From: Naegleria gruberi
Taxonomy: Eukaryota
Assembly (NCBI GenBank): GCA_000004985.1
Contig: GG738897.1
Reading direction: 5' to 3' (one strand)
Length of the DNA: 64,000 nucleotides
The notes beneath the pieces were generated by a model. It was given only the letters and a program-made list of their open reading frames with translations. It had not been told where the DNA came from and did not search any database. The first letter of the stretch is position 1. Each line of letters begins with the position of its first letter. The position numbers were made by a program, and so were the translations under genes. Below are positions 30,784 through 40,846 of the stretch, piece by piece.

Positions 30784-31194
30784 TTATTCAGTAGGATTGA
30801 AAATGGTTCTATAAATCTTTCCATCTTGTTCATTACGTTCAGCTTGAACAACCATTGAACACTTGAATAATTCCTCATCCTTTTGATCAACTAAAGCTAC
30901 AACAATAACAGCTACATTATTCAACAACATTGGCGATACTCCATCCAAATTAATTCTATCAATTTGATATTTAAATGTTGTTTCTTCCGAAGGTGAATAA
31001 TTCATCACTTCACTCTGTCCCAAAACTACCGACTGTTTAGTATTAGCCATATCCACCACATAGGTTATCTTCCAGTGTACATTTTCCAAATTTTCCAATA
31101 CATTCAGAGAGAAATCCACAACAAAACCATCTTCCAACAAGCCAGCCTTGTTTTCCAAGGTCACTCTCTTCAGGAGAACATTTTTGTTTTGCAT
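30784..31194 (-). CDS. Divergent ASF1-like (histone chaperone fold) small protein.
   Basis: From the first ATG: MQNKNVLLKRVTLENKAGLLEDGFVVDFSLNVLENLENVHWKITYVVDMANTKQSVVLGQSEV...LNNVAVIVVALVDQKDEELFKCSMVV. This aligns with the ASF1 core (V.LL.I.VLNNPA.F.DP.EFEITFECLE.L..DLEWKLTYVGS....D.ILVGP...LVSVTVILLSCSY). It lacks the highly conserved PVPVGVNKF / GYYVNNEY strings of canonical Asf1, so it is a divergent paralog or a convergent fold. The ORF-track start at 31212 is TTG. Confidence 0.45.
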   Translation of the reverse strand: MQNKNVLLKRVTLENKAGLLEDGFVVDFSLNVLENLENVHWKITYVVDMANTKQSVVLGQSEVMNYSPSEETTFKYQIDRINLDGVSPMLLNNVAVIVVALVDQKDEELFKCSMVVQAERNEQDGKIYRTIFNPTE

Positions 31195-31281
31195 TTTTGT
31201 TGTTGGCTGCAATTTTTAGATTTCTAGCCGTTACATTTAATTTCATCATCAAATAAAACAAGTAAAAAATTACCTTGATTT

Positions 31282-32356
31282 TTGTACATACAAAAGATGA
31301 CCAAAGTTGTTCGAACAACTCCTATTGATAGATCCAAGAGAACAGCTGTTAAAGGAGATGTTGTATCAGAAGTGAATATTATTCACGGAAAGAGAAAACG
31401 TCGATTGAGTAATAACTCGTTTACTGATGATTATATTGTTTCAAGTCCTAAAACACCAAAGAAGAATAAGAAAAAGACTAAAAAGACACAGCAGAAAAAG
31501 AAGGAATTATCGGAATCCTCAGAGGATGATGATGAACAAGCTGAAGAATCAGAATCAGGAGATGAAATTATTATTCCTCTCTCTGGTAATAGAAATAAGT
31601 ATAAAATTGTGGATGAAGATGATGAGGAAGAGGAAATGGAATTAAAACAAGAACCTGAGGAAGAAATGTATTCATTATTTAGTCAGGAATTGAAAAGAAC
31701 TGAAAGAAAGAAGAAACAATCTTCTTCATCTGCTCCTAAAGAATTATCAACCAAAGTTAAGACTGAAGAACCAGCTATTGCTGTTTGTGATTGTAGTGAA
31801 TTTGGACCTATTCCTGTGGATCCATATAAATTCTTTTCGAAAAAGATTGTAGATAATGTAAAACGTTTGGGTGGTGAATTTCCAGAATTTTACGATTCCA
31901 GAATTCCAATTGTTTATAATGATGTCAAGTTTTTCTCACCTGATTCTTTGAGATTATTTACCCTAATTAAGTGGGGAGGAAAGCAATGTACGTTTTATTC
32001 TATTATTTAGATTTATTATAACTTTAATTCAAGTCAAGAGTTCACTAGTTTCTGAAATTATTGGGCTGAAAATTGAATTGTTTGTTATTGAGGAAATTAA
32101 GAACTTTGAATTTATTCTATCTTATGTTGATCGTATTGTATTAATTGGTGATGCTGCTGATTGTGTTTTGGGTGTAGATGCTTGCTACCCAATCTGTGTT
32201 AATGAGGAACTTGGAGATTTTTGGATCTATATCATAATAGATGATAAACGAAAAGAAGCACCTCATAAACTGCGTTTATCAACTCTACTGGAAAGTCTTA
32301 CAATAGATGAAACTGATTATGATGTGCTAGTTGATGTTGAATTCACTCAAAAATAA
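31282..32356 (+). CDS. Uncharacterised nuclear-type protein (basic N-terminus, acidic stretch, conserved C-terminal region). Probably two exons.
   Basis: ORF 31282..32010 ends ...KWGGKQCT at a GTACGT donor (~31971). A ~45-nt intron and AG acceptor (~32015) join in frame to ORF 32078..32356 (...SSLVSEIIGLKIELFVIEEIKNFEFILSYVDRIVLIGDAADCVLGVDACYPICV...). No domain assigned. Confidence 0.35.
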
Positions 32357-32357
32357 A

Positions 32358-33881
32358 TTAAACTGTATTACTATTCTTATCATTGGCAAAAACATCGAAA
32401 TAATGGATACATCCATGGTCATTCAGATAATTTTTGATGGATTCCTCATCCTCAAACTTTTGGAATTTAAAGTATTGGAAATTTCTTTTTAAAACAGTTC
32501 CTTTCCATAACATTCTGGCACTAGGTTGGTTGTCTGATTGTGTTGGAATGGTATTTTCTGATTGTACACCTTCAACTTTTGACCAGTCAATCTTATTTAA
32601 TATTACATCGTCGTATTTCTTTAAAAACTTTTTACCTCCTTCAGCAATAAGTAAAATTCTATCTTTGTCTCTTGTTTGGGATGGATATGATAGGACAGCT
32701 CCTGTTATACCCTTTTCTTTGGCAGTATTAATCTTGAATCTGGTTTGAGGATGAGCAATATTTGGTATAGAATAGAGAATTGTAATGAGTTCTGATTCGG
32801 CATCTTCAGTAATCTTTCTAATTTTCTTTTCTTTCCGTTGCTCCTTGGTTAACTTTTCATTGTTATTTCTTTCTTCGTGAGCTTGCATTCTTTCCTCAAT
32901 TTCCTTCTTAATTTTCATTTCCAATTCAGTTGCATCCTGACCAGAAGCCAATAGAGCTTTCATGTAATTTCCCATATTGGCCTTTGGTGGTGGAGGAGGT
33001 GTCAATCCAAGAGCAATCTTTCTTTGATTTTCCTTTTCACGTTGAATTCTTTGTTGTGTTCTCATCTTCTTTTGTTCTTTCTTTGTTAACATGAGAGGTA
33101 ATGGACCAGCATCAACCTTCTTCTTGAGTGGATCAACAATGATTGGGTGTTCCACAAAATCATGTTTCACTAATTTCTCCTTGATAGAATACACTTCATT
33201 TTCTGCATCAAAATCTCTCTGATAAATATCTACATGGTTATTAACATTTTCATCTGCTTTTTTACAACTCTTAAGAATCTTTTTATCCCACCAGAAAGCA
33301 TCTGGAATAGTTGATTCAAAATCCTCAATTCTTCTACAACCTAGCATCATGTGTAATTCTCCAATTTCTAATTCTTCTTGAATTAATCGAAGTCTTTCCT
33401 TTTCTTTTTCAATTTTTTCTTGTTCCTTTCGTTCTTTTTCCAATTGTTCTTTCAAAAGTGCTCTTTGTCTTTCTTCCTCTTCCAATTCTCTCATCATTTT
33501 GGCTTTCTCAATAAATTCGCCTTGTTCATGGAAAGCTAATCCTCTATTTCTTTTCTTTCTTTCAGCCTTTGGAACACTTAAAGTAGAATCATAAAAATCT
33601 AATTTCTTAATATTTGGTGGCTTTTCAATTTTCAAAATATTTTCCTTCTTTTGTTTTCTATTTTGATTAATCTTTGCACTGCTGACAGTCCTTTTAGATT
33701 GTATAATTTTACCATTAGCATCCACCAAATTACCAAACTCATCCATAATTAATGATCCATAATCTACTTCCTCTTCCTTTTGTTCAGCACCATCCCGACC
33801 ATCATTTTCCTGTTGTTGCTGATGTTCTGCTCGTTGTTGTTGCGTCGAAGATGATGATGATTGCTTTCTATTTAAAAACAT
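32358..33881 (-). CDS. PRP3: U4/U6 snRNP protein PRP3 (PRPF3).
   Basis: 507-aa ORF. The C-terminal PRP3/DUF1115 region ...SARMLWKGTVLKRNFQYFKFQKFEDEESIKNYLNDHGCIHYFDVFA parallels human PRPF3 ...[44 protein letters not shown]. The upstream region has a coiled-coil/charged stretch and a PPPPPKANMGNYMKALLASGQDATELE segment typical of Prp3. Confidence 0.8.
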   Translation of the reverse strand: MFLNRKQSSSSSTQQQRAEHQQQQENDGRDGAEQKEEEVDYGSLIMDEFGNLVDANGKIIQSKRTVSSAKINQNRKQKKENILKIEKPPNIKKLDFYDSTLSVPKAERKKRNRGLAFHEQGEFIEKAKMMRELEEEERQRALLKEQLEKERKEQEKIEKEKERLRLIQEELEIGELHMMLGCRRIEDFESTIPDAFWWDKKILKSCKKADENVNNHVDIYQRDFDAENEVYSIKEKLVKHDFVEHPIIVDPLKKKVDAGPLPLMLTKKEQKKMRTQQRIQREKENQRKIALGLTPPPPPKANMGNYMKALLASGQDATELEMKIKKEIEERMQAHEERNNNEKLTKEQRKEKKIRKITEDAESELITILYSIPNIAHPQTRFKINTAKEKGITGAVLSYPSQTRDKDRILLIAEGGKKFLKKYDDVILNKIDWSKVEGVQSENTIPTQSDNQPSARMLWKGTVLKRNFQYFKFQKFEDEESIKNYLNDHGCIHYFDVFANDKNSNTV

Positions 33882-34340
33882 TTTTTTTGAAGGTGAATCA
33901 AAAAATTAAAGCCTAAATTTTTCATCATTTCAAAATCAAACAACAATTAACAAAAAAGCCTTCTGAAATAATTTTCCAATTTAAAATATTCAAAGAATTG
34001 TAGTTCATTTTCTTTTGAATACCAAATAGGTTCACCATCCAATCAGTAACCATTAGAAAAACAAGGTAACTTTTTCAAATAGAATCTATTTGATTTTTAT
34101 ATTGATGCGAAAGCCTTTCCTCAACGGTTCTATTTTTTAAAATGTAGTTGATGGCTAATGACCAAAGAGGGGAGATGGGTTTTATTTAGATTTTTAAAAA
34201 AAAATTTCAAACTTTAGCTGTTACTCAAGAGGAAGTTTTCTCAGAGTTCTTTGATTATTGTTATTGGTTTAATTTGAATAATATAATTATTATTACTATT
34301 GATTAGGAATATCTAGTTGGATAAATTGATCGGATAAAAC

Positions 34341-35113
34341 ATGCCTATTAAATATTTTCTCGTAACTGATGGTGCTGATGTTATTGCTGAACATCCATCA
34401 CAACAAAAATTGAGAAGTGTTCTTTTGGATAAAGTTATTCCAAAGTTGGAGAGAACTAATCACAAGAGAGTATTAACAAACGACGAGTAGGTTTAATTAT
34501 ATTTATACAATATTGATTATATTGTATCAACAAAACAGTAATAATATTTATGTCAAGTACAGTGGTAGATATTATTATTTTTGTATTGCTACTCAAGAAA
34601 TCAAACAAAGAGTTTCTTGGAGTTTGATTGATGAAGTTGAAAATGAAACATTGAAGAATAATCTCGATAAAAATCTTTTGAAGGAAAAGGTTAAATTCTA
34701 TAACAATCCAGATAATGACAAGATTCAAAGATTGCAAAACGAAATTGACAAGGGTAAGTGACAATATTTATTCTACTTTGTATTAATGAATTCAGTCCGA
34801 GATGTCATGGTTGAAAACGTTGACAAGATTTTGGCCAACCAAGTTGTTATGGATGGTTTGATTGAAACAACAGAAGAATTAGCTCAACAAGGTGAAGAGT
34901 AAGTTGAAATTCAATGATTTTAGTTGACTAATTTAAAATAGATTCCAAAGAGGTGGTAAAAAGTTGAAATGGAGCATGAGAAAGCGTTTGATTATTATTA
35001 TTCTTATTGCCATTATCATTTTCGCTATTATTATTGCCATTATTGTTATTGTTCTTATTTCTGTCTTTGCTGGCAAAGGTAGTAGCAACAACAACTCAAC
35101 TAAATCTGTTTAA
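34341..35113 (+). CDS. Longin-domain R-SNARE (VAMP7/synaptobrevin-like), about four exons.
   Basis: Exon 1 MPIKYFLVTDGADVIAEHPSQQKLRSVLLDKVIPKLERTNHKRVLTNDE is longin-like and ends in a GTAGGT donor. Exon 2 is ...YVKYSGRYYYFCIATQEIKQRVSWSLIDEVENETLKNNL...IDKG with a GTAAGT donor at ~34756. Exon 3 is SRDVMVENVDKILANQVVMDGLIETTEELAQQGE (SNARE heptads) with a GTAAGT donor at ~34900. Exon 4 is FQRGGKKLKWSMRKRLIIIILIAIIIFAIIIAIIVIVLISVFAG... (C-terminal TM anchor), with a stop near 35113. Confidence 0.65.
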
Positions 35114-35157
35114 TTAAATTATTTATTATTATTTATTTGTATCACTAGTCTATCAAT

Positions 35158-37588
35158 TTATTTGAGTAATTTAGATATGGCATCCCATCTTTCAAGTAAT
35201 CCACCAACAAGCTCACTAATATCACAAATATCACTAAACTCTGAAAATACAGATTCTGTACCAACAATTTGACTAATTTGTTTAACTTTTTTGTCGGCAA
35301 TATCTCTTATTGCTAAGAGCTCTGCATAAGCATTTGCAAACTTGGTGTGTTTCTTGTCATGCAAATTCATACCACCCTCAATTTGAAGATAATAAGTGGC
35401 AAGTTGGTCTATTAATTGCAACATAAAGTTAAGCAGAGGAGTTAAATTAAGTAACAATTCCTTGTGCTCATAATTTTTCAAGATGGCTGCTTCTTTCTCC
35501 TTATTGAGATTTGTAATGGATTTTTGAAGCTCCTCCAATTGATTTTTCACACTAGATAGATTATCCGTTAAGGTTGATTTTTCAAGCTTAAGCGAGTCTA
35601 TGGTCTTTTGATTTTCATCTAAGGATTCTTTTTGTGTATCGTTGGTCTTTTTTAATAGGTCCATATCTGCAAGTAACTGCTTGTGTTTAGATTCATAATT
35701 TTTCACCTCAGTTTCAAGAGAGCTAATTTGTACAAGTTGACCCTTTGATTTTGATTCACTGGCTTCCAATTTCTTCTTTAGGTCTGCAGACTCTTTCATG
35801 GCATCCTCGGATATGTGCATATTCTTTTGATAAATTTCCAATTCCAGTTCTTTTTCAGTCAAACTCGTCATTAAATTACTTGTTTTCATTTGCTCTTCAG
35901 CAATTAGTTTCGAGTGAGATTCGGAAGATTTCTTGTGTTCTTCCAATAACCTCTTCAATTCTTCATTTTCTTTCAAAATGGCTTCGAGCTTTGTACATGT
36001 TTCATCCTTGGTAAGTATTACTGATTGCAAATTTGACTGTAAAGTTTCGATTTGCTTTTCGTATGCTTCATTTTGTTGTGTGATTTCAGAAAGTTTCATA
36101 TTCAATTCTGAATTTTTTTGAGAGAGCTCTGTCAACTCTTTACTATTCTTTGTGGATCCCAGAAAAGAGAATGTCTTTACAAATGAAAAGTCAGAACTAT
36201 TTTCTAAAGAGTCATCAATATCTGAGTATTTGATTTTGAACTTGAAGAGACTTTGAGAGTGTTTTTTAACTAACTCATTTACAGTTTCATCACTCAGAGA
36301 TAGGTCTGGAGTGATAAAAGAGCTCTTATTTACATAACTAACTGTCTGCTCAACACATGGTATTATTGTAGAAATATTGACAAGTGAATAATTACTATCT
36401 TCTGTGATCAGGTCGATAAAGTAGTTTCTTCTTTCATTTTCTTCTTTTATGAATGAGTTAATTTCGTCTATAGTAGCACTCAGAATATTTCTAAACTTAT
36501 TTCTCTGGTGCAATTCTAAAATTGTAAGCTCGTATGTTCTATCAAGAGTTGACAATGCCTTTTGAAGTTATTACATCAATATTTGATGGAAAGACTTACT
36601 TTAATACGTGGATAAAACCTGTCAATCATAAGTTTCAAATTACTGAAAGAAACTGAAAATTTGATCGTGTAACTGCAAATTCTATAGAACTCATCTGTTA
36701 CATTCTTTCTTCTTGTAATGATATCAGAAGAACTATTTTGTAAATCTATTGAGGAGAACTTTTGTGACAACATTAACTTCAATTCATTATATTTTGGAAA
36801 TATCTTTTCATTGAATAGACTGAGATTCTTCTCTGGTTCCTTAAAATAATCAATTAACGATTTTCCTCCAAACTTTTTATCCACAATAACATCCGAAACG
36901 TGATCGAAATTCATATTTTTACATTCTTCCAATTTACCATGTAATTCCTCCAATTTGGTGGCATACTTTTGTTGAATAATTTCAATATATTTAAGAAATA
37001 CTTCCAATGATTCAAATTGAATTTTACACGATTCCACTAATGAGTCTTCTCTCGATTGATCTTGTTTATAATTTAAAAGTAATTGATCCTCAATTATTTC
37101 AGGAATGATTATATAAAACCTATTACTTCTTTTAAACTGTTAATGGTTTCAACCGATTAGAATTGTGTCATCATCAACCTACCTGTTGCAAACAAGAACT
37201 CAATCTATGAGGAGCATATCCATCACTATTAATAATTAATGGAGTTGTTTGTAATTTCAAACGATCAGCAATAAACGATCCAAAATCACTCCAACTATTT
37301 AAATTGTAATTGGAGAGTGTTTTCATATGAAACAAACCTTGTCAGAGTAGGTGGTACATTATTATTCAAATCAAGTAGCCTTTCTCCTGTATTTGCTACA
37401 ATCAATTCAACTTGAGCAATGAGAGTTCCGTTTTCTTGTTGTTGATCAGCAAGAATAGAAGAAGAGGTGGTGGCTGCATTGGTATTATTACTCTCATCTA
37501 ACAATGGAGAAGAAGGTGAATCAATCACATCAAGACATTTAAATTGACAAAGTTTCGGAGGTGTTGTTGTTATTTGATGATGCTTCAT
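35158..37588 (-). CDS. Coiled-coil protein with N-terminal globular region, four exons (35158-36555, 36576-37037, ~37090-37290, ~37300-37588).
   Basis: Listed ORFs 35158..36555 and 36576..37037 are joined by a short GTAAGT...AG intron. Upstream, ORF 37295..37588 (MKHHQITTTPPKL...) splices via a small intron to SWSDFGSFIADRLKLQTTPLIINSDGYAPHRLSSCLQQ, which ends at a GTAGGT donor. That in turn splices to FKRSNRFYIIIPEIIEDQLLLNYKQDQSREDSLVESCKIQFESLEVFLKYIEIIQQKYATKLEEL.... The C-terminal 400 aa are continuous coiled coil (EKQIETLQSNLQSV..., SLKLEKSTLTDNLSSVKNQLEELQKSITNLNKEKEA). Function unknown. Confidence 0.5.
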
Positions 37589-38003
37589 AATAATAAAATT
37601 CTTTTTGCTTTTATGATAAAAAGGCTTTTTTTCTTCTAATTAATTTCAAAAATAGATTTTTGCACCAAGAATTCATGTGATACATGAGGAATCGGAAGGC
37701 AAGAAGTGTTGCATTGATTCAAGAGTTGGTAATGTAGAACATCTTTAAACTGAACATTAAGAAGGATAATGAATTGGACTGGTTTTGATTTTAAGTTTGC
37801 CTTCTTTATTGCTTAGTAGTGATAATTTCGAATATAAGAGATGGAATCAGGTAAAGTTTCAATTACATGTTCACATTCCGTAACGGTGCCCTATTGTTCA
37901 ACAATTTGATATCAGCTTCCAATCAATTCATTGTTGGTTTAATTATTAATAAATTGATTTGGTGATGAACTAAATCATCAAGGAATTATTAATAATTAAA
38001 AAA

Positions 38004-39235
38004 ATGTTGAAATCAATAAAGCCAGGTTCTCATTCCTGGAGAAAGGCTTTTTCAGTAAATAATTTAAATTTGAGAGATTTTCATACCAAATCGTCATGTT
38101 TATTAGATCCGGTACGAGTTATTGTCTCCCAATCTAATAATCCATACTTTAATTTGGCTACTGAAGATTATTTGTTTTCCATTGATAAAGAGGCTTTGGA
38201 ATATCCAACTCTATTCTTGTGGAGAAATGATAAGACTGTTGTTATTGGAAAACATCAAAATCCATTCAAGGAATGTAATCTTGCTCGGATGGAACAAGAT
38301 GATGTTAATTTAGTGAGACGTAGATCAGGTGGAGGTGCTGTCTATCAAGATATGGTATGTATTAATTTGTTTTGAATCTTCATTATTAATAATCAATTAT
38401 ATACCAAATTGAATAATAATAGGGAAATAGTATTTTCACTTTCTTATCACCAAAGGAAAGTTATTCAAAGGAATTGAATTTTAAAATTCTGATGGAATCT
38501 CTTAATAATGGATTTAATATTAACAGTGAATTGAGTGGAAGAAATGATCTTATATTATCAGATTGTAAAAGAAAAATAAGTGGTTCAGCATTTAAACAAG
38601 GAAAGGATGTTTGTTTTCATCATGGTACAATGCTCTTAAATCTTGATACAGAAGCTTTACAAAAATATTTGACACCACACAAACTCAAATTACAAAGTAA
38701 GGGAGTAGCAAGTGTTGCTAGCAGAGTTTGTAATTTGCAAACCGTTTGCCCAACTATTTCACATGACAAATTTAATGAAGAACTTATCAGAGCCTTTTGT
38801 AGTAGATATGGACAAACTGCTTCAAGTGTTGAAATTGAAAATGTGAATGAGAGCTACTTTTCTAATAATCAATCATGGAAAAACTTTTATGATGAATTGA
38901 GTGATAAGGAGTGGAATTACGGGTTAACTCCTGATTTTTCAAACAATATTGAAACAAAATTTGATTGGGGTCTTGTTGACCTACATATTGATTACAAAGC
39001 TGGCAAAATAGCTAATGTTAAAATGTACAGTGATGTCTTATTCCCAGTATTTGTAGAAATAGTCGAAGAGGGTCTTGTAAATAATGATTTTTCAAAGGAA
39101 GGTATTGACAATTTTGAAAGCTGGACTAAAGAGAGAATCAAGTTACTTCCAAATATCGACGATGCTTCTAAGGAAATTTTAACCAATTTTTCGAAACAGC
39201 TTTCCTCTTGGATGTCAGTAGCGCTATTCGAGTAA
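38004..39235 (+). CDS. LPLA: Lipoate-protein ligase (LplA family), mitochondrial-type, two exons.
   Basis: Exon 1 (38004-~38354): MLKSIKPGSHSWRKAFSVNNLNLRDFH (presequence-like) then VIVSQSNNPYFNLATEDYLF...PTLFLWRNDKTVVIGKHQNPFKECNL..MEQDDVNLVRRRSGGGAVYQDM. RR.SGGGAVY.D is the LplA/LipB-fold signature. A GTATGT donor and ~68-nt intron follow. Exon 2 (~38423-39235) is GNSIFTFLSPKE...CKRKISGSAFKQGKDVCFHHGTMLLNLD.... Confidence 0.8.
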
Positions 39236-39338
39236 ATAACCCTGCAATTGGATTACTAGTATTAATTTATAAAGTAGGAACTCTTTTGATAAGCAAAGAA
39301 CAAGATTAGTTTCGTGGAACTCGAAAAAAAACCACAAA

Positions 39339-40394
39339 ATGCACACATCTCTTCACCAATTACCGTACGAGTTGTTTTGTGAAATCTTGTCATTTCTCCA
39401 CTCCCACACCATAGTATCAACTTGTTCATTGGTATCAAAGGAATGGCTCGAAATGATCAAGAACCATGTAAAATTATTAATTGAATTTAAATTATTGAAA
39501 CTATCCGGTGATGAAATATTAACAATGATGATTAATAGTCAATTCAAGGATTGTATCACAAATATTGAGAAAATTTATCCAAAGAAAATTACACATGAAG
39601 TATTACAAAATATTACAAAATTGGAGAAGGTTAATTATGTTGATATTGCAGCAATAAGAATAGGTGATGAAGGAGCTAGTATGATTGGGCAAATGAAACA
39701 ACTGACATATCTCGATATTTCGTTTACTGGTATCAGTTATAATGGAATGAGATCTATTGGTCAATTGACCAATTTAACCCAATTGATTTTTTCTTCAGAT
39801 GATTATGAAAACTATTCCGCTCCAAAAGGTGTTACAGTTGCTATACATTTGAGAAATTTGAAAAAATTAACACACCTTGATATTACTTACAATGAAATAG
39901 GTGATGAGGGATCTCAATTTATTAGTGAATTGCTGAATTTAACTTACTTGGAAATGCCAAATAATCAATTGAGAAACGAAGGTTTCAAAATGATTTCTAA
40001 ACTTGAAAATTTAACACATCTCAATATTAGTAATAACGATTTCAATTGTGAAAGTATGAAACATTTATGTGAATTGAAAAATTTAACAAGCTTGGAAGCA
40101 TTCAACACTGGTATAACTTCAAATGATGTTAAATTAATTGCAAATCATTTAAAGTACTTGACAGAGCTTGATTTATCCTGCAATGATATTGGAAATGAGG
40201 GTGCAAAGTATGTTAGTGAACTAAAACAATTACAATCTCTTCAATTGGCCCAAACTAATTTAGATTCTGAAGGAGTTAAATATTTAGTTAGATTGGACCA
40301 ATTGACTGATCTTGATGTTAGTGAAAATTCCATTGATGCAGAAAGATGTAAATATCTTAATGAAATGAAACAATTAGAAGAACTTTCAATTTAA
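39339..40394 (+). CDS. F-box / RNI-like leucine-rich-repeat protein.
   Basis: N-terminal F-box (LPYELFCEILSFLHSHTIVSTCSLVSKEWLEMI) followed by ~24-28-residue LRRs with conserved I/L-G-D/N-E-G (IGDEGASMIGQMKQLTYLDIS, IGDEGSQFISELLNLTYLEM, IGNEGAKYVSELKQLQSLQL). Confidence 0.6.
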   Translation: MHTSLHQLPYELFCEILSFLHSHTIVSTCSLVSKEWLEMIKNHVKLLIEFKLLKLSGDEILTMMINSQFKDCITNIEKIYPKKITHEVLQNITKLEKVNYVDIAAIRIGDEGASMIGQMKQLTYLDISFTGISYNGMRSIGQLTNLTQLIFSSDDYENYSAPKGVTVAIHLRNLKKLTHLDITYNEIGDEGSQFISELLNLTYLEMPNNQLRNEGFKMISKLENLTHLNISNNDFNCESMKHLCELKNLTSLEAFNTGITSNDVKLIANHLKYLTELDLSCNDIGNEGAKYVSELKQLQSLQLAQTNLDSEGVKYLVRLDQLTDLDVSENSIDAERCKYLNEMKQLEELSI

Positions 40395-40846
40395 TGATAG
40401 TGAAATTGTTAAATATTTCTTATTAACATTAAAGGAAATTTCTTTTAAACGAGAGAGTTAACATGGGCAATAACATATCCTTCTACACAACCATGTACTT
40501 TCTATTCCACTAAAGGGAAACTCTATCCCTTATTTGATATCTATTTGAATTCTAGATAATTAGTTGGTTAGAATGATTTTGGAATCTACTCAAATATTTT
40601 GAATTATCAGAGGAGGAATAAAACTATTGGAAACTTAATAAACAATGCTCAAACAGAAGAGTTCTACTGTTTCATTTGCTCACTCATCACCATTCCAACA
40701 TTTATGAAGATTGTTCCGTTGAGTCCTGTCACCCATCGCTCTGTGCTTTCACACTTTAAAAAAAACGAGTTCTCATTCTTCCAACACAGAGCACATACAA
40801 TTAACACCCACCCACACAGCTGTTGTAGTTTTCCATCATCATCATT

